In this document: positions 11,206 through 22,999 of the stretch, in pieces
Numbering within the stretch: the stretch's first letter is position 1
Layout: the number at the start of each line of letters is the position of its first letter
NCBI GenBank assembly: GCA_900088475.1
Contig: FLMG01003035.1
Span: 1-64,000, forward strand
Origin: Hyphochytrium catenoides
Taxonomy: Eukaryota > Protista > Hyphochytriomycota
Reading direction: 5' to 3'
DNA: 64,000 nucleotides
Notes under the pieces: model-generated
What the model saw: the letters and a program-made list of their open reading frames with translations, nothing else
Databases searched by the model: none
Told to the model about the DNA's origin: nothing
Made by a program: the position numbers and the translations under genes

Positions 11206-14200
11206 ACAGAGAGGGAGAGAGAGAGAGAAGGCCCCAACGGCCGCGTAGATAGACAGACATTCATGGATATAGTCTATCTTCGGAGCAGAACTGGAAATCT
11301 TTGAGGCAGTTGCACTCGCTGTGTATTCCTTCTTCAGAGTCGTTATAGACTATGCCAGTGTCTCCCTAATCAGCCCGCTTCCTGTTTTCTCGTCGATCCT
11401 TGTTTGCTCGCTCTCTGTCATCTTCTGCTGCAGGTCTACTGCTGATCATAGGATTCACGGATAAGTTAAGACTGATGAGCATTCTGGCGGATGATCTCCG
11501 TTTGGTCCGCGAGTTCTCTATCAAAGGCTGTAAGGAGTGCAAGTTCAGGTGAGCGGTACCTCTCTCTTAGCTCTTGACGTCGGCATTGTTGCCTCTCGTC
11601 CGCTCGTTACCATCCTTGCTCTTCCCTACTCCGTACCTCGCTCCCTTCAGCCTTTTCACTCAGGACGAGCGTCGCTCATGTCCCTCTCGCTTTTTTGTCC
11701 AACAGTTTCTGGCCCGGTTCTCCCAGCGTTGCTGTCTCTCCCTTCCTCTCTCAGCGTTGCTGTCTCTCCCTTCCTCTCTCCTTTACATTGATCAAGAATG
11801 CGCACTGATGTGGTCCTCTCTCGTCCTCTATTGTCTTCCTTTAACTAACAACGCCTCTGGTTAGCACGGGCGGCCACCTTTTCGCTGCTGTGAGTGGAAA
11901 CCAGATTCAGGTCTACGGCACTGACAGCGGAGACCAAGTAGCGACTCTTCGGGGACATAATGGAAAGGTAAGCATAACGTCTAAACGCTCTTCTACCTTT
12001 GCCTCTCACTTCTGCCGTATACCGTGCTCTCTTCTCCATACTTCTTTCCGGGTTTGTTGGCCCAGTCACATCCTCGCACCTCCTGCGAAGGTTGAATTGA
12101 AAGGCTATCATGGCCTCGCCCTCATGGCTTGCAACTTTTGGTGGAAGTGGACTCCCTGTCCGTTCCACCCTGCTGGATCCTCTTAGCTCACTGTCTATAG
12201 CTCTTTCCGCTCATCTGTGGCTCCCTTTCTCTTTTCCTTGACTCCGTCGTCACCGGTCTCAGGTTCGCTCCCTATTTTGGACTCCGGACGACTCTACACT
12301 GCTCTCCTCCGGGACAGACGGAGCGATCTATCAGTGGAACATGGAGCAGCACGTTAGAGAGGCAGAGTGGGTGCGGAAGGGCATCACCTACTCCGCGGCC
12401 ATCTGCTTGCAAAGCAGCGATAAGAAAGGCATCATTACCACGACGGTCTATGCAGTGAGCTCCGAGGTGCGACTCTCCTGGAGGTCTTGCTAACTTCTAA
12501 CTGTTTGTTATGGCGGCATGGTTCTTCTTTGAAGGGATGCTGTGAGATTGATTATCTCCATGCGGTCCTAAGTGCTTTGCGTCGAAAAGTACTTCAATAG
12601 CTTTGCCTCTCTCAATCTCTCTCTTTGCCCCTCCTCTCTCTCTCTCTCTCTTTTGCTCTCTGCAACTCACATCTTTGTGAGGATAACGGTCTTTTAGATC
12701 GGCATTTGAGTCTGAGAAATCCTCCATGGCCCGCTGCTCTTGTTTGCAGTCCAAGCTGATGGAGATCGAGCTTCCGGCGGGGCAAGTCGTCCGAGAGATT
12801 GAGAGTGATGTTGTATTGGGCCAGGTGAGAGACTAATCTTCCTGATCTTAGCCGAGATTTTCTGATTTCTCAGTATATCTTATCACTCTGACCCAAGGAA
12901 TATACCCTCTCTTCTTATTGGTCTGTTCCATTTTCGCGCTGCTCTCCTCTCTCTCTTTGTCGTTCTCTCTCTGTCTGTCGGACTCGAGGATTAGCTCTAC
13001 CTACGCTCCTGAGTCGTCTCTGTCCTTCATTTATGTCTTCTATCCGCTCACCTGTCTTTGCTATTATTCTTTCAGGTTGTCATTAGTCGAAATAAGAAGA
13101 TGCTCTTCGCCTCTGTGGGCGGTGGGAGCAAGGCCGGTCGAGTGCGGGCGTACAAATTTCCTCCTTTGGGGTCCGAGTATAATGAATATAACTGCCTCAC
13201 AGGACCAGGTCGCTATTCCTGCTCTCATTCATCCTTCTGCTTTTGAGCTCCACATTTCTTTCCTCTCGAGGCAGAGGTTCTACTTCTTAGAAGCTCAGAC
13301 TCCGTACTTACTTCTTTTCGGGGGGTTGCTTTCTGGCTATCTTTGCAGTCTCCCGCTTGGCACTCAGCCGGGACGATCAGTTCTTGTTCGTGACTGGCGA
13401 AGACGGCTCCCTATACACCTTCGAAGTTCGGGACTTTGAGGGCCGGAGGGTGATTGACAGTGTGGAAGAGTACAGCGAGGAGGTTCTAATAAACCGCTCA
13501 GATCTGGAAGAGAAGAACCAGATGATGAATGAGCTTAAGGGCAAAGTGGAGGAGCTTAAGGTACGGAGAGGAGAAAGGAGAGGAGAGACAGAGGCAACAA
13601 TCGGTTTTCAGAGGGAGCTATTCCCTTTATGGAGGGCGGCTAAGCCCTCTCTACCCCTTGACTAATAGTGGCCCCATCTCTCAGTTCTCTCACACGCTCT
13701 TAGTACACTGTCTTTCTTTCTTACTCATCTGTCTTACTCTCTCCTTCTATGCTCGTTCTCGTCAATATACTTCAGGTGAACAATGACTACCAGATGCGCC
13801 TGAAGGACATGGCCTTCAGCGAAAAAGTGAAGGAACTGACTGAGAAATACTCGCGAGAGCTGGAGTTGGAGCAAGCCAAGTATGACACACTGAGGGGGAG
13901 CAAGACAGAGATGGACCAAGCCTTCTCTCTCACATATAAGAAGTTGGAAGCCAAGCACCTGCATGACTTGCACGACTTAGAGGTGAAGTACCAGCAGCTG
14001 CTCATCAAGGAGGTGGAGAGACACAGGCAGCTCGGAGAGAAGAAGATGCAGAAGATCAAGGAGCATGAGGAAGCAAGGAAGGCTATCACAGAGGCCCATA
14101 AAAGGCAAAGAGCTTCTCTTCCACCTCTGTTGCTTACCTCTTCTTTGCTATAGGATATATATGGCTTGCACTTGCTCTCTCTTCTTCCTCGCAAGCCTGT

Positions 14201-15511
14201 GTTCTCTGTGGGCCCTAGGTTTGCTATCCTAGACTTTGCATCTTCCCACTGACTTGGGGACTTCTCAGAAATGTGGAAGAGGTGATGAACGCCCATGAGT
14301 TGAAGCTGCGGACAGACGCGTCAATATTTCAAGACCTAAAGCAGGAGAACGAGGTACTGGCGAGACAGTGCACAGAGTCCAAGCAGCAACTGGAGGAAGA
14401 CGTAGACACGGAGATATACAGAATTAAAGCTAGGTAACAAGGACCGCGTCCCTTCTTCTTTTGCAGCAGTCATCAGCGACGATCTCTCTATTCGCATCTC
14501 CTCCTCTTCACACACACACTCTCTCTCTCTTTCCCAGGCTGTTGTTCTCACTTTAAGCTTCCACTCTCTCCTTGTCTGTCTAGGTTCCAGCATATTCTGA
14601 ATGCTGGGCGAGAGACTTCTCTGCAACTGAAGGGAGAGAATGGCATCATGAAGAAAAAGTTCAACGCGCTGCAGGGTGAGATCGAAGAGCAGAAAGAGGT
14701 GATGAAGATCATGGCGCAACAGCATAAGCAGCTGCTGCACGATATCGAAGGGCTTGAGCAAGAAATAGCAACATTGAAGAAGGAGATAAGGTACCTTGAA
14801 GAAAGAGAAAAACGTATATGAAGTCATCAGCTGCCTTCGGTCCCCGCTTCTCATTAGCTCTAGTCATCTTTGTTAAGGCCTTTCGTTGAGCCTAAATCTC
14901 TGCTGCTGATGGTGCTGCATACGTCTCTTCCTTGGATGTCTCTCAGTTCTTCAGTGATTGCGCCTTATAACGTATGCCGTCATACGCAGGGCCCGGGACG
15001 AGACGATTGGTGATAAAGAGAAGAGAATCTACGAACTGAAGAAGAAGAATCAGGAGCTTGAGAAGTTCAAGTTTGTTCTTGATCACAAGGTAAGACGAAG
15101 TTAGGCGGCGCTACGACGACTGGAGGCAACAGAGGATAGGAGGACATGGATGAGGGCGTAGCAACTCATTGAAGAAAGGAAGGATAGACAGGAGCTCTGG
15201 CCCTGCAACGCCGTCTAATCTCTTTCGGGTTCATTCTCTCTGTTAGATCAAGGAACTGAAGACTCAGATCGAGCCTCGTGAGCAGGAGATCGGGCGAATG
15301 AAGGAAAAGATCAAGCTTATGGATGCAGAGTTGGAGAAGGTAGGGCTCCCTCGCATCTCCTATCTCCCATGCTGGTCACCTTTCTTCTCTATCTGCTTAC
15401 GCTGGCCAGGCTTCACTTGCTTTAGGTCATATTCCTTTTCACCCTACGTACTGAGCATTATCATTTTCGGCTGCGGAGCTTTCTAGCTCTATCACTACAC
15501 TGTCCCCTAGT

Positions 15512-15559
<48 letters not shown>

Positions 15560-15727
15560 CTTCTCTCTTTTACCCCACCCCTTACCTGGACACAGAGTTC
15601 CGGTAATGGGCGGTTGTGCATGTTGGTCGGTCATCCCCTCTCACCCCTTCTGCTTTTGCTAGGGTCTACTTTCCTTCACAGTTGGCTGAGTGAAGTTTAT
15701 GAGAACTTATCTTACGCGGCACTTGCA

Positions 15728-15761
<34 letters not shown>

Positions 15762-16611
15762 CCTCTCAGTACCACACGACAAATGCGCACCTAGACGAGT
15801 TGATAGGAGAGCTCAGAGAGAAGCTGAACTCCCTGCAGCAAGACCTACTGAGACAGCGAAGGGCGATTAGAGATGGGGAGACTGCGTTCAAGAGGTGCCA
15901 GAGCGGCCTATCTGATTGTTTGGCGCTGTTGCAAGAGCCAGCACGCTTAAAAGAGAGAGTCCTGCAGTTGGCAGAGAATCACGCTGCTGACAATGGCCAA
16001 GCCATTGATGTTGACACCGATATAGAGGTAACGACAACGCACATAGAGAGAAGCTTGAGAGAATGGAGAGGGAGACAGTGACATCCGTGCCATGGCCTTG
16101 CCATATTTGATATGAAACTCATGCTTATCGCTATCCCACTCTCCTGCAGAAAGAGTACACTCGTCAGCGCAACCACTTGCGGAAGACCATTGAGACACTG
16201 CAAGCGCTCTACAGCCAGGAGATGAAAGCTCATGAGAGAGACAACCAACGTGTTGTGAGCGAGAATCTTTCTCTGATCAAAGAGATCAACTCTCTCCGTA
16301 CCACCGTGTCCCAAGCCAAGCATAAATATCAGCAACTCGTCTCAGAAAGCGTCCTCTCGGCAACAATAGGCAAAGGGAAGAAGAAAGCCTTGGGCACTTC
16401 TTGTCCCTTGGCTAGCACAGGAGAAGGAGTAAGAGATGTGTCTGCAGCACTCTCTCCTGGCCAAGGAATGGAAGAAGATCCACGCATCGTTCTGGAGAGC
16501 CAGAGAGAGACACTGAGCAGCCTGCGGGACATGGTTAAGAAGTATGAGGAGGCTATTGCTAAGGCACAACGGCCGCCTACAGGACCACAGAAGGCCGGAA
16601 TTGAGGGTTAA
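8520..16611 (+). CDS. CFAP57: Cilia- and flagella-associated protein 57 (WD40 propellers plus long C-terminal coiled coil), multi-exon
   Basis: The start MSVSTLQFR|[34 protein letters not shown] resembles the WDR65 N-terminus. WD repeats include '[23 protein letters not shown]', 'SVSLHPSG|[14 protein letters not shown]' and 'LRGHNGK|VRSLFW'. The coiled coil '[24 protein letters not shown]|[12 protein letters not shown]' is diagnostic. Stop TAA at 16609-16611. Confidence 0.93.
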
Positions 16612-16852
16612 TCTCTCTCTCTCGTCTTTGTATACCTTTCTCCTCTTCCTATATTCTCTGTTTCCTCTCTCTCTCTCTCTCTCTCTCTCCATATAACCTT
16701 CGTGGGCGGTTTGCAATGCGTATAGATATGTGAAAGAGGATACGAGGTTTAAAAAGTATAATAAAAGTGCTATGTTCCATAACTAGTGCTAGTCACTCAT
16801 CCAGAGAAAGAGCGAACGAAGAGAGAGAGAGAGAGAGAGGGAGGAAAGGAAT

Positions 16853-17785
16853 CTATTGCTTGCCACTCTTCTTCTTCTTCTTCTTCCGCTTGGCAGTGAT
16901 CGTGGCAGGCGGACTGCCACTTGTCTCTTGGCTCTCTCCTTCTTCTCCTTTTTCCTCCTCCTCATCACTCTTTGTATCCCCCTCTTTACTAGGAGAGGAA
17001 GGCAGAGCGTCCCTGTCTTCTCCTTCCTCGTCGCCCATCGCGGCATCGCTGCCTAGAACGTCGGTCTTCAATCAAAGAAGTAGTTAGATAAAGAGCAGAA
17101 TAGGTATTGATCGAGATAAACGATCGTCTTGCACCATTACCTCTGAGCTAGAAAGGCTTTTTTTCTTCTTTTTCTTCTTCTTCTTCTTCTGCGGGCTAGG
17201 ACTAGAATCTCCTCCTTCTACAGCTGCCTCTTCTTCTCCTCCTTCAGGCTCCGTGGCTTCGGCGCTGTCGGTTGGCGGTGAGAGGTCGCCCTCTTCTCTA
17301 TCGTCCTGCTCGGATCCTTCTACATCATCTTGGTCATCTTCAGAGACCTGGTCCTAAGGCCCATAGATTTAGGAGGCTTCGAGGGCAAGAAAGTTGTCCA
17401 GTGAGACTCTTGAATCCTTACCTCAGAGGACGAGATGCTGTTCTTCTTCTTCTTCTTTTTCTTCTTCTTTGCTTTCTTGGGTCCAGTATCCTCCTCTACC
17501 GGCCAGGCGACGTCATCCAAGAAACCTAAGCTCTTAGCATAATCCGATCTTACATGAGGAGAGCCGAAAGAGAACGGAAAGGCGGCCAGAAAAGAGAAGG
17601 GGAGACGAAGAGACGAGAAGGGAGAGAGAATAGTAGAGAGATAATAATGTCAGAAGAAGAACGATTAAAATGTGTCTCCCTCTTAGCTTCTCTCCTCTCT
17701 TTCAAAGGGTCCCGCATAACTGTACCCCCATACCCTGCAATATCACTCCTCCTTACTTGAACACATCAGTAAATCTCTCTCTGTC

Positions 17786-17844
<59 letters not shown>

Positions 17845-20800
17845 AAGCGAACCATTTAAAAAAAATAAGCCACCTGCGTACCTACCCTACACTGACTCGT
17901 GATGGTGACGATCTTTCTCTATTCCTCCTCAGCGTCCCCTATGCCCTACTTACCCTAACTCTATCCCTTCAACCTCCGCAGGGTCACTGCTGACCGGGAT
18001 GAACTGTCCCATGGCATCCATTCGTACAGAGGGTCTAGGTGTCATGAGCAGTCATGAGGCAAACAACCACACAACATTCTAGAGACAGAAAGCGAGAAAG
18101 TCGGCAAAGAGGCCTTCAGCAGGACGAAAGAAGTGCAGCAAACGATATACATCAAAGAGCGTAGAAGTCAACCGTGGAAGTCAAGCCTTACTTTGGGACT
18201 GTCAGCCCAAAACCTTTCTCTTCTGCGCCTAACGTAGCTGCCTATGTAGCGATGGTCAAACGTGAGAGAGGGTGCAGGATACCTCCATCTGTACTCGAAC
18301 TCCCTCCTTTTCCTACTCCAGTCCTTCTGCTAAGTGATCAATTCTCGTTCTTTCTCCAATGTATGCCCCTTTTGCCTACCTTTAGCTCAGGCTCAAACTT
18401 CCGCCAGCCCTCGTGGCTTTTTAGAAAACGAGGAAGGTAGGCCGAGGGAGGTAAAGATGAAGCTTGCAAGCGGATGGCGTTGGCATACTTTACCACCACT
18501 CCTCTTGTGCTCGAACTCTTTTTGAAGTTCTCTATCAGAAGCGTCAGCAGCTTCTGGCGCTTGAAAATTGCCTCCAGGGTTGGCTCATGGTCCGCACTAT
18601 TCAAATCAGAACAAGAAAGCGGTTAGACCCAGAACAGCACGAAAGTTGAAGCAGCATGCTATATACGGAGAAAAGCAGCCATTTTCTTTGACTTCTTACT
18701 GCAGGGGACGTGTCACGGACAACATAAACTTTGAAGGAGCTGAGGTTGAGGGGAAAAAGGAGCTTGTAAGGTAGTGAATCGACACAGTTCCATGCCCTCT
18801 TGTACGTCAAGATATTGATTATAAGCGAGACAGAAGAGACACTGTTGCCTTCACGCACCGAAGCACGATGAAGAGAAGCTTGTAGAAGAGGACTTGGTAT
18901 AGGTTGTTGTTCTCATATTCAAACACCCAGTGCATGAGAATCTTCCAAACTTCGGGGGGAATCTTCACAAGGGACCGCTTCCTAGAAGCAATGAAGAGTT
19001 CGCACAATTGAATGCCATGGACAAGGAGTTAGAGGAAAAGCGGACGGGGCAGACAGAGACAAAATGCAGAGAGAGCGTCCGGTGAGTAGCATAAGACAAG
19101 CTACGTCGTGAATCAACACTTGCCAAGAAGGACGAGAGATTTATCATCGTCGCAAATAACGAGGAAGAGTGATCCTTTGATAAGTAGCACTTTTGAACTG
19201 ACTTTTCATACTCCACTAGCTGGACCAAGATGTCCACCACACTGAGCCGAAACTCAGAGAAAGGCACGACGACGGTGTAAGAGGTATGCCGGACACTGCA
19301 AGGGAGGGGCAGAGAATCGTCTCCCGACTGAGACGCCGACGCCTGAAGCTCTCTCTGTTGCTGATATTGGCCAACCAGCACTTGACAAAGAGACGGAAGA
19401 GTGTGATTCGCTTTAGGAAATATTATGTTCTTCAACGAAGAGAGTTGGTTGGTCACCCGGACCAGTTGTGGCAGTTTGAACTGCTGTCCGAGCAAGGGCC
19501 GCGACAGCTGTTCTTCTGCTGTCCGCTGGAGGATGGACAGGTAGGCCCGGGCTGCACCCTTTCGCTTCTCATAGTCAGCATGTCTGTCATTCATGACGCT
19601 GACAAGGTCCTCGTAGATCTCTAGGCAATGTCCTACAGGCTAGAACAAGGTGTTAAGACTCTATGAAAAGGAAAGGAAGGAGTGTCATCGGGCGAGAAGG
19701 GACGAACATGACAATAACGTGCTTTACGGAGCTGAGCATAAGACACCAAAAGAAGAAGGAATGACGTGACTGAAGGCTGTGAGTGGATAGCAAAGATATA
19801 TCCAGCCCAGACAACTTGATGGGCGAATTTCAGACGATATACTGAGTATGTGATTAGCAGAGCTTATGGGTCACCCTACCTGCAAAAGTATCTCGCCATT
19901 GTCGTCTAGGGCTAGTCGGTAGAGTAAAGTCATGAATATCTCGGCACAGGCCACCGAGTGGGAAGGGGAGTAGCTCGAACCCGTCGCATGCTGAATCAGC
20001 ACTAATAGTACCTTCCACTCCGCCATAGCCCTAATTGTGAGGGGAAGCATAACCACCGACGACCCATATGTTAACCGAGAACGGGAAGCGTGCACGTGGC
20101 CGATGAGCACAAGCAAAGGCTTAGGGTTAGGTGTGGGCACAAGAAAGACGTAGCCGATCGGACGGAAGCCATTCCACTTGGAGATGGTGAAGAGCCGGGG
20201 GAGAGTGAAAGAAAGGGAATAAACCTCGCTGCGAGCCACTACTCGTCCCTCCGCGTACCTGTAGAACTTCCATTTTGCTTGTGGGGAGAGATGATAAGAC
20301 TTGGAGTCAGCGTCCGGGGGCCGGCAAATGAGGTTACAGAAGAGATCTGCGACTGCGCCATCCTGCACGTGCTCCAACATGGAACACATATAGCTGAAGA
20401 AACAGGGATGGGTTAGAGGCACGAAGTTTTAAACGGCCCATCAACGGCACGAGCTATTTCTTACCTTCTGGCTGTCGAACTTGAATGATTGATCACATAG
20501 AACACCTGCAGTCCGTAACGGAAGAGGGAGAAAGGAAGAAAGGTAAGAAGATTACGTTGCAATTGGTAGCAAAAAGGACGACCGGCTGTGACTCAAAGAT
20601 GTTCTAGTTGAGGGGAAAGGTAAAAAACTAAGGCTGGAACACGGAAAGCCAAGGAGAGGCTAGAGAGGATGGAGAAGTAGCAAAGAAGCTAGGATGGAGA
20701 AGTAGCAAAGAAGCTATAACAGAACCTGATCCGGATACAGTCGATATAACCTATCCAGCACACGACAAGCATGCTGCAGATTGCCCTGAGACGTTGGTTC

Positions 20801-22149
20801 AAACACCTAGAGGAGAAGAGGATCTTCCACCATTAGACCCAACCTTATCCATATACTAAGGTGGCCAAACAGGTTGACGTTTGAGTAGACGGGCAGGGAG
20901 TGGACCTTGAGAGAGAGAAGAGGAGAGGGGAAGTTATGGCAGAAAAAAAGCGACGAAGAGGTAGGTCTGTCAGTCAGAAGTCACCTTGAAGAGCGCCGTA
21001 GTCATATTGGGGGCCATATCCTTCAGGAATGTTAGTAAGGAATCCGTGGGACTGTCAGCAGTGAGAAGCATCGTGGCCTTGTAGCTCCGCACCAACTCCT
21101 CTGTCACCTCCTCGTCCCGGGTAGCATATCTGATTATCGGGATTCCATCCTCATCATACTCCGCGGGTTCACTGCTATTAGAGTCTGGGACCTGTAAATC
21201 CGGCAGAGCAATTAATAAAAGCAGTATTGAAGAGGAAGCTCAGGCTAAAGACGAGAGGAAAGATTTTGCGAGCATCAACAACTGCTGAGGGCATACTTGG
21301 CACCAAGAGTCTCATAATGGAAGAGGGAAGACGAACGGGAAGATCTGTCTATGGCGGAAGTCACTCTGTTCCCCACCCTGGTGATGAACTCTATTAGCAG
21401 CTCACAGACTCCATCTTGCACCAAGAAGTCTATAACAGTGGAAGTTGGCATGGGGTTTTGCAACTCCAGCATCTGAGACAGGAGCTGTCGACTGCGCTCT
21501 TTCTTTGATAATTCCTGAGGGTGGTAGTAGGGGGTGAACAAATGATAAGGTAAACGTCGTAGGCGGAGGAGCGCTCGCTCTTAGGAAGGGATAGAGTCGC
21601 TGGGGCCATCAAAGAGTGTTTGAATTCAGGGCATCGAGCTTTTCAAACGATAAGAAACAATGAAGCGGAAGAGGAGTTAGCTAGCTAAGGAAGAGCCCGA
21701 AGGCTATAAGAAGTGCCGCTAAATACTTTTGCCGGTGGCCGGGCCTGTCCTGTATCGCTGTCGTCATCACTATCATCCAAGATTAGATGAGCCGATACAC
21801 TCTCGCTCAAAGCTTCCTCCTCCTCTTCGTTCAGCTGTGGGTCCGACGCCTAAAGATACCAGGAATGAGGCTGGCAGTTGAAGAGAATTGTTGATGTTCG
21901 TATGGCCTACCATTGATGACGGGTATGGCGGGCCTTAATCCCTACGAGCTCAATACCTTGTCTGTTCTGCACCTGCCGGTCGAGGAGGAGTAACCCAGTC
22001 CAGCTCCCAGTCCACCGCTAGCAGACCGCAAGAGCTTCTGCTGTTCACCCCGTACGGTCTCCAATGCGTCCTCCCCTTCGCATCCTCTTTCTTCTCACGT
22101 ACGCCCTCTCAAGCAAGGTGTCAAAGGGCCTATTGAGGATGCGTATCAT
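16853..22149 (-). CDS. SAPS-domain (SIT4-associated / PP6 regulatory subunit-like) protein with acidic/poly-Lys tail, multi-exon; start uncertain
   Basis: Exons encode 'PFSEFRLSVVDILVQL', 'WVFEYENNNLYQVLFYKLL' and 'HEGWRKF', which resemble the SAPS 'P.G..RL.i.ell' and 'FF.y..NNfLh' motifs. The last exon ends KKKKKKSGKQ* at 16853. The ATG at 22149 is tentative. Confidence 0.65.
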
Positions 22150-22728
22150 GGAGCTGGAGCATTGAGCTCGCCGCTAAACCGCCGACAAAGATGACCGACA
22201 GCATCTCCTTGTCATCGTCTGTCTGCTTGGCATTCGTTCCCTTTATTATTTAGTGCGCTGCTACAGTTCACTTCGCAGCCCAACACCACTCCTAGACAGT
22301 CCTGGAGGAGCTCTGGATGCTGCCCCTCCAAGCCGGAACCGAGAATAGAAAATAAAAAGGTTCTGATTTTCGCCTTTTCGTGTCCTTTGAAACGCTGTAA
22401 GGCCTTTCGAATACAAGTACGACATGGTGCAAATTAACAACGAGCTTTCAAATTTTGGGCGCCCGAATCTGACAAATACAGTTTCAAAAGGGGTCACTCA
22501 CCCATACAAAGTATAATACCTCAATTGCGACGATATCAAGCTGTTTATGAATAAAACTTGAACCCTTCGCCCTTCTCAGCGCTAACTTAATACCAACTCG
22601 ATTGTACCCCGCTCAAAAGACTGTCACACTATTAGGTCAACGGACGCCATTAAATCTGCAACTAAAGCCTTGCTAGTCGGCACTAATAAAGTTGACGACT
22701 AAATTTGGGTAAAAGTCCTCCTAATACT

Positions 22729-22755
22729 TTTGGCGGGAGTTTTTAGGTTTTTGAA
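22729..22755 (+). promoter_or_regulatory. Candidate E2F site (TTTGGCGG) followed by CHR-like TTTGAA in the divergent promoter upstream of the Mrc1/Claspin-like gene
   Basis: TTTGGCGGGA at 22729-22738 and TTTGAA at 22750-22755, about 250 bp upstream of ATG 23000. Further GGCGC-core matches lie near 22453, 22766 and 22806. Confidence 0.4.
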
Positions 22756-22999
22756 TCCGCAGCCGTTTGGGCGCTGCAGCGGCGCTAACAAGCGGCAGAA
22801 CAAAGTGGCGCCGATCCAAATCCAAGGCCAAGTCTTCAGCACGCGCACCAGCAGACGGCCTGCCATGAGACAGATTATCCCCGAGATGCGAGCAAGAGGA
22901 GGGAGATGTATGAGTTCTGAGACCATCAACACTCTGTAGGTGTAGCGGCGCAAGGTTTACACAGCTGATAGACGTCGGATTGGGCTTGAAGCGACGCCA

